A stretch of 53,425 nt of DNA, filler included, from Sphacelaria rigidula (lineage: Eukaryota): assembly GCA_964200075.2 (NCBI GenBank). It is 4 parts of 4 records of this genome, joined end to end, with 100 filler letters (N's around TTAATTAATTAA, not from the genome) between each part and the next. Parts side by side here need not be neighbours in the genome. Positions count along the whole stretch, not along the records: positions 13,384 to 26,665 come from CAXNAA020002997.1; positions 26,766 to 40,045 come from CAXNAA020002998.1; 2 more parts are not named here. One strand, 5' to 3'. The stretch's first letter is position 1, and every line of letters starts with the position of its first letter. The notes under the pieces are model-generated. The model was not told the origin of the DNA and searched no databases. It was given only the letters and a program-made list of their open reading frames with translations. Positions 22,774-36,000 of the stretch are shown here, piece after piece. The translations under genes and the position numbers were made by a program.

Positions 22774-25700
22774 GGAGAAGGCTGAATTCATGTTGAGAGC
22801 CATGCGACAATGGACGGGAGGGGGAGGTGGGAAGGGGGGGGGGTAGTGTTTGATTCCACGAATAAAAGGGCTCACGGGTGTGTCAGATGGATTAACACAC
22901 TCGCGGTGTGCTTGCGTTTGGGTAAAACTCGGTGTCAAGCTGTATGATTGAGCATTATTTTATCGGCAACAGGCTCGTTTCAACAACTGTTACTGATTTC
23001 AACGATGAGTTGAAGGAGATTTTGTTGAAGAAATAGTCCAAATCCCCCCTCCCCCCCTAACATAGCATGGTTCTTGAGCTTTCGAGCCCAAGCATGCTTG
23101 GACGATTCTTCAGTGATATCTCCTGCGCCTGAGGTCGTGGTGAGGGCCTGTCGTGGGAATCCTCTAAATTTTTGGTACTGAGATTTCGCCGGGCGTTCGA
23201 GTCTGTCTACTGTGTTCTTTCTTTCTTACTTTCATTTTGGCCCTTTTATCTAGTTTCCTCTAGCGAGTATATCCGTTTCCTCGCCCCGGGTGCGTCTATT
23301 TTATTACCACGGCTCGATGCATAAAATTTGTGATATTCAATCAAGCGAGCAAACAACTAGTCAACCAATCAATCGACCAAACAACTGATCAAAAAACCAA
23401 CCAATGGAGTATAGATGAGACGTCGTTGGGGTATCAACGTGTAGTTTCAACGATGAGGTCCCGTCAGAGGAAAAGAGATGCACTGAGCACGTCACCTCGA
23501 AGTGAGCGTATACTATCACTGATCTCGCCATGTCCGCTCGCTATTGGCTATCCTGATTCATGGCTGCGCCCGCAGCTGATGCCCTCATTCACGCGCGTGG
23601 AACGTCCTAACTCGGCGTTTGCTGCGCACCGTTGTTTTTGTGAAACCACACGTAGCCGAGACGTCGACGCACTTCATCTTAACCTCCACTCCTCTCGTTT
23701 CTAACCCCACAGCGCATTGCATGGTTTCGAGCAGAGGTGGACCTGAGGAAGCCCGTCGGCTTTGACGAACAAAGTCGTCCGCAGTGGGCCATTCGGTACT
23801 CGCCGTATACATGCCATTGTGCCATGAACGTGAGTATCAACAGGGATTCTAGTCGTTTGCACCAAGTAGGGGTGTGAAAGTACCGAAGTCTCCGAGGTAC
23901 ATCGCGCACATATGCCTATACCCCACACCAGGTCTACTAATCTGATCCACAGTTTTCGGGACAAAATGAGCAACCTTAGGATATTCTCGGGTCAACCCGG
24001 GGGCACCCGTGACTGTTTCTTGTTTCTTTTTCTTAATCGGGCCACCGCGCCCCGGTGGTGTAAATTCAATGGTCTGAGTGACACCGGTAGGATGAAGACG
24101 ACGGGGGTTCGATTCTCGCCAGATGCATTGAATTATCTCCGGAGTGTCTGATTTCCACCGTCGATAGCGTGAGATCGTAACGAGACAAAAAGTAGTTGAC
24201 TGAGTTTGTTTGACGAGAGTTAACGCGATGCGGGAGTGCTGACCCAATCGGTGAGACCAAAAGGCAACGCATGTGCCGAGGAGAGATGGGTTGGTTCCTT
24301 GAGACCATGTACTCGTCCCGAGGAAGGGGAGGGATTTAGGGGGCGACAAGAAGCCAAAAACACAGGTGCGTCGCGATCCGGAGGGAACTCGCCATGTGGG
24401 GTATGCAGAACCTCATGATGGCACTAGTGTGCGTCTGAATTCGCTACCTAGAATATTTGCACCGAAGCTGTAGGTGGGGGGTATCGATTGTCGCGTGAAT
24501 TCATTACTCATTATCAAGGACCGCGACTCTAAGAACACGGGGATGGTGTCAGCGTGTGATACCAAGCCCCTCCCGATGTGCAAATCGAGAGTGACTATGT
24601 CTCTTACGGTGTTGCCACGCAGTGTGCGTGCGTGTTGCCGATAACCATTTCTGCCGAATCAGTGTCCATGTTTCTGTTCCGTGTGCTTTTGATCCTCCTG
24701 TATTAACGTCATTCTCGCACTAACACGGCCATGCTGGGCACCCTTCTGCGTCTCTCCGCATAAGTCCAGTGTCCATGCCACACGTTCTTGATCTGCCCCA
24801 CAGAGTACCGTGGTGTTCTTGGCGCGAGACAAGCTGCTGGACAAGATGAGCGAGGTGCCGTGTAGCTGGTGCCACCAGCATTTATCCCCCAGACGAGGGC
24901 ACGGAGTGTAGTAAATGTTTGTGAGCAGGAACGGGATGCATCATGACTTCATCTGACTCCATCTTGGCAGAACTCCACATATTACATGTGCGCGCGTTTC
25001 TGTTGTCGCTAGCGCGTACCGTGCGCATGCACATACCACTACGGGGATGCGCTTTTGACAAGGGTCACATTGACATTTGCGTGCCACAGTATCCCCGTTA
25101 CCTGAGGAATAAACTTGTATGTCGTGTGCAGCGCACATGCCTGCACCAAGGTACCTGCATCCCTGCGTAGTTCAACGCGCTGTTGGATGATATCGCCGAT
25201 GATGATGAAGTTTACGTCCATCGTTCACCTCTCATAAAGTACCCAAGAGTTGGGGCAAGTCTGGAAATGGGTTGATATATTCTGTGCTTACTGACGCACC
25301 TGCTGAAGTAAGCCACTCACCATATATCACGATTGGCGACACGTTTCCCGCCGCCCGATGAGTTTTCATTTTCTGCTGCTCTCGATCGATATAGCTAGTA
25401 GTCGACTGGTGAAACTCCAGGGCTAATACATCGAAATAACCGCGAGAAATATACATTGCTTAGCTGCTCACAGCCCACACAGCATGTACACGAAATTGTT
25501 GGAAGGAGACATGGATCGCGACGCCGGAATGAAAGCAACGGTGATTGTTGTATCATATTTTCCAATACTAGAGTAGTGCTGTCCAGTCGACTGTGGGAAT
25601 GGCGATCGATGTGACTATTCGAAGCCGAGGAGGGTAACATTGGCGTACAACGCTCCCTTCTCCGTTTTCTTTTGCGTGCGCCCACGCGGTGTCTTCCCTC

Positions 25701-25790
25701 CCAGTGTTGTACAAGTAGCGATCTGGTGCCTTGCTCTTGTAGGCCTCATGGATGAGAGAGCTCATGTGCGAACAGTATGGTCGGAAATAG
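22774..25790 (+). CDS. Hypothetical protein encoded by very short exons (not in the ORF track)
   Basis: Phase-compatible exons about 22774-22826, 23066-23133, 23713-23829, 24804-24854, 25171-(25209 or 25254) and 25743-25790 give EKAEFMLRAMRQWTGGG-AWFLSFRAQACLDDSSVISPAPE-RIAWFRAEVDLRKPVGFDEQSRPQWAIRYSPYTCHCAMN-STVVFLARDKLLDKMSE-FNALLDDIADDDE...-ASWMRELMCEQYGRK*. CTAAC branch-like motifs precede the acceptors at 23066 and 23713. First and last exons are uncertain. Confidence 0.55.
24041..24361 (+). mobile_element. tRNA-derived SINE, copy 2
   Basis: GCCACCGCGCCCCGGTGGTGTAAATTCAATGG (A-box-like) and GGGTTCGATTCTC (B box) at about 24105. Body homologous to copies 1 and 3; A-rich end. Confidence 0.75.
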
Positions 25791-26337
25791 CTGAGCCACA
25801 GTCTCGTCCCACGGCTTCCTTGTCGTATTTTGTGTAATGAATGCATGTGTGTGGGTGTGTTTCTAGCTATTCTCACCTTCCTTTCCTTTTTTCTGCTTGG
25901 CTTTTTTGCTGTTGCTACGTTTGTTTTGGTCTGTTGTTTTATTTTTGTTTTCAACTTGGCTGTGTGGTGTATCTTCTTTTTCTCGTTATTTTTCTTGAGT
26001 GAGTGTTTCCGTTTTTGTTTGTTTGCCTTAGGTACGTCAATCTCGTGGCCACCGCTTGGTCCCTCGCGTCAGTGAGTCAATTCTTCGTTGCCCCCAGGGT
26101 CATGATGTGCAGTACGCGAGAAAAAACGTCGAACTCGCATATGGTCGCTGAGGGCAGACTAGCGGAGGGTAGCACGCATTGGCGGCGATGCTCCAGGATA
26201 TGATGGGGTAAAGCGTCAGTGAAAACAGGATATGGCTCGCCCACGCAATACGTGATTGCAGCTGAGACTATACTTGTACTGCCGTGTGTATAGCGCTGAC
26301 CTCGTAGATACTGAAATCAACACCCGGTAGAGGTGGC

Positions 26338-26470
26338 GAGGGATGCTACGGAAGGGGTGTACAAATAGTTTCTGAGGCAAGAAGTGTTACGAGCCCTTGA
26401 TCTCATGCGAAACACGACTTATGAAGTATGTGAGAGTACGCCAGGATTGCTATTCCAATGTGCTAGGGAT
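26338..26470. mobile_element. GAG...CTC MITE (reverse orientation) interrupted by the telomere-repeat MITE
   Basis: Matches the reverse complement of about 30820-30951 (GAGGGATGCTACGGAAGGGGTGTACAAATAGTTTCTGAGG...CCAATGTGCTAGGGAT) and stops exactly where TGTAATGCGTG begins. Confidence 0.8.
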
Positions 26471-26665
26471 TGTAATGCGTGAGAGGACCGCGTGCTTAGA
26501 GGACCGCATCGGAATTTGAACATCCCCATGGTTAGGTTTAGGGTTAGTGTTAGTGTTGGGGTTATTGTCAGGGGCGTGGTACCTGCAGGGACTGGCCCGA
26601 TTGGTTTTGAAAAACGTCGATCCTGAGGTGCTTTGAACTACGGCGCGGTCCTTTAAGCACGCGGT
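26471..26665. mobile_element. Telomere-repeat MITE, truncated by the assembly gap
   Basis: Same TIR as 22355; internal GGTTAGGTTTAGGGTTAGTGTTAGTGTTGGG; right TIR runs into Ns. Confidence 0.9.
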
Positions 26666-26765
26666 NNNNNNNNNNNNNNNNNNNNNNNNNNNNNNNNNNN
26701 NNNNNNNNNTTAATTAATTAANNNNNNNNNNNNNNNNNNNNNNNNNNNNNNNNNNNNNNNNNNNN
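26666..26765. other. Artificial scaffold linker/gap
   Basis: N44-TTAATTAATTAA-N44. Confidence 0.97.
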
Positions 26766-26840
26766 CTCCGTCCCGGCTTTGTAGGGATGCGAGGTCAATG
26801 GTCTGATGACCATGGCATGCATGATCATGAGTACACCCCC
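26766..26840 (+). repeat. Short LINE-like 3'-terminal tag
   Basis: TGCGAGGTCAATGGTCTGATGACCATGGCATGCATGATCATGAGTACACCCCC is nearly identical to the reverse complement of 52952-53010 and related to the 15.9-kb and 42.2-kb ends. Confidence 0.6.
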
Positions 26841-28963
26841 AGTGCCCAAGTTAGTGTTAGTCGATGTTATCAGCCGATACAAGTAGACACCCCGTTTATC
26901 AGGGGGTGTTATTGACCATGAGACAAAGTTATTCGGCTCAAGGGCATCAAGTAGGTAGAGTTACAAAAAAAATCAAGCCTTGATTTCCTCACAAATACGA
27001 TCGGGTCAGGCTCGATCGACCGAAAGTATTCAAGAATCAGAATCTGGGCTGAAAAGTAGCAGGACTCCCGATGAACGGTCAGCCCGTAAATCACTCGATA
27101 TTGAGTACAGATGACGTTTTTTTCTTGAAATGTGGAGCAGATACTAGTAGTATCTTGAGGTCCCCAATGTGATGAGCAGTGGCAAGCGAAGGAATCAAAA
27201 GAAAAATCGCCAATTGCGATGAAATCACCAAATTTCCCACTTTGAACGTGGGGTGCGGCATGTACTCTCTCGCTCATCACCATACTGTCTGTTGCCACGG
27301 GCTACGAGCTGAGGCATGAAGCTGCCTGCCCTGCTATGTCTATGCGGGTAGCTGTTTTGAAAATTCCACTAGAGTTTCCTCGCCTTCTGGATCTCTGTTG
27401 TTGCCGTAGATACGGTTGGTCGTCAGCGGGAAATAAATGACTGACCAACAAAACAACACTCGAAAGTTCACTTTGAAGTTTGCAGCATGCTTGGTTTCTG
27501 CAGTTGTGTATTCAGATAACCCTGCCATACCGACTTTCCGTACAGACGCGTAGGAACACAGCAGACGAGTAAGTCGCTACTGGATTTCTGCTCTTCACTT
27601 CAAAAGCAGGTCAAATCACCCCGTATGCCCGCAACGCCGACGGCACTTGTCTCCAACAGCACAACCACTACTGCCGACACAAACACCGTTGAAGAAGACT
27701 CGATGAAGTGTAATCGAGGGCTCAGCACATTCACTCTAAAACATATCGTTCGGTGAGGTGTCGATTTATCGCTGCCAGTGGATGCACTGGTGATGCATCT
27801 CTCCAAGCAGACGACAAAACCGCCATCCGACCGCCCTGCTGCCAGCACGGCTACGCCATCGATTTAACTGCGCCCCGGCACCTCTGTGCCACCATTCACC
27901 ATTCCCTCGCCCGCGCGATCAGATTGGTGATGCACATCGGTGGATTTCAATTCAAAATCACATTGCGAGGCGTCATATGTTTCATGTCACTACAAAAATC
28001 ATATTTCTATGCCTGTACTTCAATCAAGTGGTGCACTTCAACGCAAAAGTGACGCTAAGGATGTGGAGATGTGTATAGATTGTACTGTATTGTACTACCG
28101 TCTCTTGCATGCACAATACCCTGACTTCAGAACTCAGTGATGTGCTGACAATACTGTGCTGCGAGGGGTACACTGCAGGGTTGTCGAGAGAATCGCAGAT
28201 TGCTTGTAAATTACTACTGCACTGGACGACACTGACAGTATAGTGCTGTTCGTACAATACAGTTTTGTACTGTACTGTGTTCTTGCGAGGGGTGTGAGCA
28301 CAGCGAGCTTCACAGCATCTGACATCGCGCATGGGTAGTAATAATGTGCGGCTCATGTGTGGAAACGTGTAGCGCTGCCAGATTGTCCCTGGTGGTACAT
28401 TCCGGGTGCGACGTGAGGTACGGTAACACCCGCCACCCCACCCCAGGCCTGGACCGTGCGGTAGGCGAACGGGCGTTTTAGTAGTATTCCTGAATATGGT
28501 ACAGCGACGCACATCACTCATCTCTTTCGACCGTATCTCATTCCGACGGGCACTGGGACGTACAACCCCCAACCTCTTAAACGAAAGGCCATCTCTTCAG
28601 AGACGAAGTCAGCCCGCCACACTCACGTACGGGTGCTCGTTTCACCCCCACAACAAAGATCACGTACTACATAGTACGCCTCACGACGCTGACTGTTGCG
28701 TGGGCCTGGATGATGTCAAGAATGCCGCCCTTGATCTTGATAGACGCTGACAAGCCATTAAAATGGCTATTGATGGATCTTATTGTTCGGTGGGAGCACC
28801 ACACAGAGCTATATTCCTGGGAACGAGATGAACTCCGCCACGGCGGGGAGGATAGTTTGCCAGAAACATCCATGGAGAATGGAGTGTTGTAACTCGCGAC
28901 GTGCGATACCTCCACTGCCCCTTTCTCAGCACATTGTCCACCGCTTCACAATACGTTACCCAC

Positions 28964-29220
28964 CGCTTCAGAAGATATTCGGAGTGAGTCTTGTTGGGAG
29001 CATGGCGAAGTTTCTTCTGACGCTCCTGCTCGCGCTTTTCAGCCTTCTTGACCACCTCCAGCAAGTGTTCCGCGTGTTGTCTTCTCAAGGTAGCCACCCG
29101 CCGCAATTCCGCCGCATCTTGCCTGTCTCCGAGCTTGTTGCTATCTTTAGGATGCTTGTTGCAGAAGTCTTTGTGGGAGCTCTGGGGTGCAGCTTCTTCG
29201 CAAGCATGTGTATATTCCAT
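28964..29220 (-). CDS. Probable exon of a coiled-coil protein gene, divergent from CCDC151; remaining exons unresolved
   Basis: Charged helical peptide DAAELRRVATLRRQHAEHLLEVVKKAEKREQERQKKLRHA; candidate donor AAGCG|GTGGGT. No convincing phase-compatible next exon found. Confidence 0.5.
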
Positions 29221-30052
29221 TTTGAGTGTTCACCTTCTGACTCGATTGCTAAGCTCGCATAGGGTGCTGGAAGCGGAGTGAGGGAGCGACGATATAGCTC
29301 CAGGTGTGATCTACATGTGAAGCAGAATCGGAACAGTTTGTTCGTGACAAACCGGAACGTTTGGACAACAAATAGGATCGTATTCAGCCGCAGTCATCGG
29401 TTACAGGGTTACACTTCATGCCGTCGCGATCCTTCCACACGCACCATCTCAATCGCCCGCTGCTTTCAAGCAGCTAGGGACAAAGATAGTGAAAGTGAGC
29501 CTTGCGCACCCAGGTACTACACAGGCGCACCTCGCCCATTCGTCTTTCTTCGCGAGAGCACGTTACAGTCATTGAGCAATTTCAAGTGCGACATGCATGC
29601 TGCTTTTTCTCCACCCTGCTGGTAGAGACAGCATTTCATAGCCGTAGAAAATGACTCTGGCCCGGTCATGCCCTGTGCTGGTAGCTGGACACTGTTGTTG
29701 AGTGGGAGTATACAGTGTGATGTGTGTTGTAATATACTTTCGCCATGTCGGGAAAGAAGCCTAAACATTCCCATACTAAAATGCAAAGAACACCAGCCAG
29801 ACCAGCCAGATATACCGTAAATGAGAGAGCTCCGCTCTGGGCCAACGTGAAGTTTTACTCCTATTTGTGGCTGATGGATGTCACCATAAAAATGCTAACA
29901 TGCGTGTACACAAAAGTTGAGGGTTTTCTTGACACCCGTCCGCTCTTCAGCAAGAAACACCGCCTTTCGTCCCATCTCATGACAAGGTCTCTCTGCTTGG
30001 AAGGCGAACCTGGACTCGGGTGTACTCCATTTCAACGCTTCTGCCTTGTAGC

Positions 30053-33000
30053 ATGATGGTGCGGGGACATGATCACCTGTCGGTGGCCGATCAGATGGAG
30101 GATCTTCGAGAACGCATGCGGCTGCTACAGGGAGATCGAAAGGTCAATGCGACTTCAAAAGTTACTCCAACGCGTCGTCGAAACTCATGGCGGATACGTT
30201 CTTGATCGTAGTCTAGATACTGGGATTTGGATCTTGAAGGGGCTGACAATGTCAAGTACTCCATGGGGTGCGCAGTACGGTTTTTGCTGGCATCAGCACC
30301 CATGTGAGCTCTGTCAACGAACACTTTGCCTAGGCCACCATCTTAACCTCGTCCGTTGCCCGAGGGTCCTAGGTCTGCGTTGGTTCGCCTTGGGGTAAGG
30401 CAGTGATGACGCGATAGCTCCTCCTCGAAATCAGCCCCACAGCTGTCACGAAAAAAATGGCCATACAGCGCATGACAGTTGTTTTCAGATCGCACAAAGC
30501 GTCTCATATGGCGTCATTGGCAGACACTATCCCAAGCGTGGGAGTTCCCACCTGGTCGATGTGCTGGTCCTTTGTTATTTTGATCCAATGTGGATTTTGC
30601 CTCCTTAAGCCGGCCACTTTCCCCGTTTGGGGGGGGGGGGGGGCTATCGCGGCATCATTCACGGTTTTGATTAAAACAAATACGTGTTAACCACGAGCAA
30701 TGCTACGGTAGGGGAGCAATTTTTTCGCGAAGTTATGTCTAGTTCAAGGGCTCCTAACGATTCTAGATGCACAAAAATATGGGTCAGGGCACTCCCGTTT
30801 GCAAATCCATTCAGGATATCCCCAGCACATTGGAGTAGTAATCCTGGCGTCCTCTCACATATTTTCAAAGGTCGTGTTTTGCATGAGATAAAGGGGTCCT
30901 AACAATTCTAACCTCAGAAAATAGTTGTGCACCCCTCCCGTAGCATCACTCCCACAGATTGAGATGAAGCCGCCACGATGTCGTTGAACGACGGCTACAT
31001 TTTTCGTTGCTCGTCGCCATGGTTCACGTCAGCCTCGGTCGCGCAAAGACCCGAAAAAATGCCCCTGTGAAGTATTGTACTACTACTTAGGCCATCCATT
31101 ACATGGGGATTGTATTTGTTCTTTCGAGAAATGCGGCATCATCACGGTAACCGTCAACGTGATCAATGGGATGGATACATCTTGGCAGGCGAATATCGAC
31201 ATTTTAGAGGCTAACAAGAACTCCAATAAGGAGGAAATTCGGCGGCTGAGAGCAGAAAACAAGGACGTTAGGCTGAAGCTATCGCAGCTGGTCAAAGGAG
31301 GAGCGCATGGGGATGAGGTGAGCAAATGAGGATCTTCCCAAATTTTCGTTGACCATGTATGCAAGAGCACCTGCTATGCTGAAGTACATGAGTCAGTCCT
31401 GTCTTACGTGTTTTGGCGTGTTGCACCTCATTACTTCAGTAGATGTCGTGAGCCATGCCGTCGCCACAAACCGGGGTTTTGTGCGTGTCGTTCCTCGCAG
31501 AGTTCAGCGAGCTCCTTGTACACTAGAATTAGGTAAGGTTAAGAGAGACAAACCCGCGCACGTCGTTCCCACATGAAGTTGTTGATTCAAACGCCCCGGT
31601 CGTCGACGTGTTGCAACGGCGAGTATATAAAAATATCTTGAATGATGTTTCTATTCTCATCCCGTCGCTTTCGATTTGTAGGCGGCCGAGCTCGATAACG
31701 CTCAACGAGAGGTGCACCGCCTTCGCAAGTCCTACAACGACTACAAGAGCAGGTGTCCATTCACATGGGTGTGCAAGTGCAAATACAGAATCTAAATCTC
31801 GCCAGCGCATCGCGATGCCGCGCATACCTCCCGAAAATACTGGCGGCACGTGACGTGGCGACAGGACGATAAGCACGATGAGGGGTGGACCGAAAGGAAA
31901 GAGGCGATGGTGTAGCTGGGGCGTTTAGCAAGTCCCCAGTGATCATGAGTAGCATACTTCTATGGGTTTCGTAGTGATGGGTGACCGCAGAAGCATTTCC
32001 ACCATTAGTTACGTGGATGAAGCACCAAAGGAGTACGACAGGGATCACCACCAATGCATCTGTGTATCTATGTATTTATGTATCTGTGTAGCTGCGTATC
32101 TGTATACCTATGTTCACGAAGCGAACAGTTTACCCATTGAACAGGTGAGCGCTCACTGGTTCTATGGGTAAACTGTTCGCTTCGTGAACATGGACTATAC
32201 ATCCATCTACGTATGCTCCGGGTTGTCGTGTTGTCATCGAATATTGATCATGCTTCCGGCACAATATCAACCAGATCTCTGACGCGAAACATACTATTAG
32301 GTCTTCGCCGAAACGTTAGCGTGGCCGCCGACTTTATGCTTCCCAGAATATTCTGGGTACGCTGTAGTGAACACCATGCACGTTTCTAGCCACGCACCAG
32401 GAAACCATCAGAACGTCTCAACTACTACGGTAGGTGCGACGGTAGCTGGGTATGACGCCCTGCAAGAGATCTCGGAACTTCTTTTCACCCGCCGGAGGTA
32501 CCCTTGATTTCATCTCGATTTGTACCCGATCCTCACTCACAAAATAGGTCATCGGCGTGTCGGAAAGGCTTGCAGCAGCTCAAGGACGAAGTCAAGGATC
32601 TGGAGTTGGAATCTCGGCAGGTGCCGTAAAAGTCGTAAAAGAATCCATGAAATCATTCAACTTATATGGTAAGAAATGAGCACATTGATCGTGGACACAC
32701 GAGCTTCAGCTTGCGTTGCGTCAAGAAATTTCAATCCGATCAATATAAAGGTACTCTTCACGACTGAGACGTTTATGTTCAAGCACTATTCAAACTGCTG
32801 AATGTGTGTGTGTTTTCACGGTATGGCCCGGATTCTAGTTGACCCTTATCGGCGAAGTCATAGATTTGATTGACTGTCCTTATCTCATCGACAAGGACGA
32901 ATCGAATAAAACTAACACGGGCCTATGGGCGCAGCCGAACAGGGAAGATTCGCCCCTGACTCGGAAGATTCGCATGCTGGAGAACCGACTGGACAAGGCC

Positions 33001-36000
33001 ATGATCAAGTACAACGAGGCCCAGAGCATCCGCAAGACCTACGAGCAGATCGTCAAAAGGCTGAAGGTGACGCAACAAGCGACCCGCGTGAATGATGAAA
33101 AAATACGGTAAACGGCGCATTGACACGAAACAAGAGGGAAACGAGAAAGAGAAGGTGAAGCCAAGAGAGGAAATATGACATTGGAGTAGGGTTTGCCGGA
33201 GCGACAGTGATGCTACTACACTGAAAGGCTAAAGAACAAAACAGCAGGGAGCGTACGGGGAGGATTCATAATAATTACGGGAATGATACCATAACTCAGC
33301 CACAAAGAATCGATCCCAAAAGCAAGTGAAAAGCTCGCCGTGAAACCGGTCAGACGGTCCTCACAGGCTACTTCGGTAACTCTGTCGCCGTGGTTCCAGA
33401 CTGAACTGAATGGTTCTAGTTTTTGGTTCTTCAACGGATGAACTTTGAAAGGCAACAGACAGGAAACGGGGTGAATAATGTTATAAACCGGCGTTGGTAA
33501 CCGTGAACAGCAAGAATTGTAAGGATTGTAGGCGCCAGGAAACAATCCGAACAGCGGCAGCGTCTTGAACTCCCGCAGGAAGAGAGGGTGGGATTTGACA
33601 ACCAACTTGGAGCGGTGGAGCGTACTCTGCAAGCGAAAGTTAAGGACTATGAGGAGTTATTGCTGCTGTCCGGAGACGCCAATCACGCGCGTGAGGTGAA
33701 GAAACACCAGAATCTTGAAACAAGTCTTGGACGCCCAACCTACCTTGTCCCAAAGGTCCATTCAACCAACTCCCGCACAATGATCACGACAATTGCAGCA
33801 GTGCCGGTGCTATTTGCCCCCCTCGCGATGTGTGCAACACGATGTGTAAGTGGAACCGAAAGCATATCTTAGTACGTCCAAATTTCAAGAACCGATCGGT
33901 GCGGCTCGACAAGCTCTCGCTTCTGCGCAATACCCAGGCCGTGAAGATAAAGAGACGCATTTCCGAAATGCTCCAAAAGTAAAGTCCTGCATACCCCCAC
34001 GCCTTACACGCTGCAGCACCGTCTGAATGCGGCACCAGGCGAGCAAGACCACATGAATGCCTTGTTTCTCTTCTCTATCGAAGCACGGCGTGTACAAATG
34101 TACGCATGTTAGCAAATCGCCTAGGCAGGCGCAAAAGCAGTACACCGTCTTCGACTCAAAACACGATTCGTTGCCATGAAAGGGGTGCAGTAGAATTCCT
34201 AGCCGAGACGAGTAGCCATGGGCGTGCGTCAATTACAAACGCTCACGGGAGAAGTGCTAGCAATGCTTGCGAACACGCTGTGGCGCGATTTCTGTTTTGG
34301 TACCTGTGGTTCTGAATTAGTAAGCCTGTCCAGAACTGAAACGTGAACGTAAAATGGAGGTCATGTTCATGTTTCCGCGTGCTCGCTTCGCCTTTGGACC
34401 CTGACGAATGAATGCCTTGGATAAGGTGGCGCAATCTGAATTGGATCGCGTGCGCGGGAACTACGAGGAGGAGCGACGGCGACGGGAAACAGAGCTACGA
34501 GAACGCCACCAGGTCGTGCAACTCCGAAGACAGATGAAGGAGCAGTCTGAGCGGTGGGTGGACACTCCTAAGTACATAAAGGGTTTCCTATTCTGTCCAT
34601 CTTTCTGCGCGCGAAATGTCAATTCGCCAATGAGCGTCAGGGTTAGGGTTAGGGGTAGGGGTAGGGGTAAAATGGGCGTCAATCAGAGGTTGTGATCAGG
34701 TCCAAGATAATTTGGCTGGCCTATATTTCATGGGAGGTAGTGCGTTATCCTACCGAAGGCTTTGAACTACGTTGATATCCGACGCGCACCATTCGTTGCC
34801 TCGTCAGAGAGTTGGTTTCCCTCGTGCCATTCTATCGAGAGGATCTCGCAAACCCCTCTTGCTAAACAGTTATCTTGATCGTTGGAGACTTGAGGCGCAT
34901 AGCGGCTGTGGATCACGCGATAAACTCAAACACGCGATTTTGATAGCTAGGAGTTTCTTGCTCCATTCTCTCCCACTGGAATCAGTCTAATCGACAGTGG
35001 TGTTTGAGAGCGGTTGAGAGCACGCGCGCGGGGGTGAGGGGAAGGGGGGGGGCAAGAAGTCGCTTCGGGTGGAGACCACTTCATGAGCAGTAACGAGGGG
35101 TCGCTGTCTCGGAGCTGGGGGCTACAAAACTGCGAACCGCCATACAGGGTTCATGAAAGGGTCATAGTCCTGTATTATACATTGCAAATATAATAAAGTA
35201 CTGCATCGCCGCTAAGCCTCATGATACTCGTCATGATATCTGTGACGGACTACACGCCGCTGCCGAAGGTGGCGGGAACAAAACTTACATGTAATCTGGT
35301 CGTTGTAGCTCCATCAGACATTAACCTCTTGACCCAAGTCTTTCATCCGTGGACGATCAAAGCTCATGTTTTGGTGGTAATTTTCCTTCCTTGCGTTTTC
35401 CCTCCAGAAAGCATCGATGGATCTCAGATGCCAGTTGCCGGCAAACCAAGGACACATCAATGATATCGACACCCCTATGAATGGCGCTCAACCTGTACCC
35501 GACTATGATGCCTGTTGGGTTCCGACACCGCAGGCGGGCACAGATACGGGCAGGGATAGTGTCTATGGACCAGAGCATAGGAGAAGAGGCAGAACAGGGT
35601 CTGAAAAAGGTGTGTGGGCGTTTATATATTCGCCAACGACTGACTCTCACAAGTGCAACTCATTCGGATGGCCTTGACAAGAGAGGGTACACAGGTGCTT
35701 CTACTTTTTCAATTTCGGATACTGGTGCACCTCCCCTCCAACCCCGGCAGGGAGGGAAATTTCATCCGTTGGCTGCTCAAACGTTGGAACCATACCGCAC
35801 TCGGCTCACGTAGGTCTCAACACCGCATTGATTGATCGGTTGATTGCTGCACCTTAGCGAATCAAAGCAAGCAAGTCACGACGCCAAGTGTTGCGACCAA
35901 GCACTTACTCATGTTAAAGTGAAACGGAGCGGGTATCTAAACCACTAAAAATAAGCATATATATATATATATATATTGATGTTATAGGTACAAAAGTAAC

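Noticed and set aside
24041..24125. tRNA gene
   Set aside because: A/B boxes are present but there is no convincing cloverleaf, and it continues into a body shared with two other dispersed copies, so it is a SINE head.
27130..28760. Downstream exons for the 28964-29220 gene (e.g. IKGGILDIIQAHAT, GLSEYTTAETKHAANFK)
   Set aside because: Could not be joined in consistent phase, so they are left uncalled.
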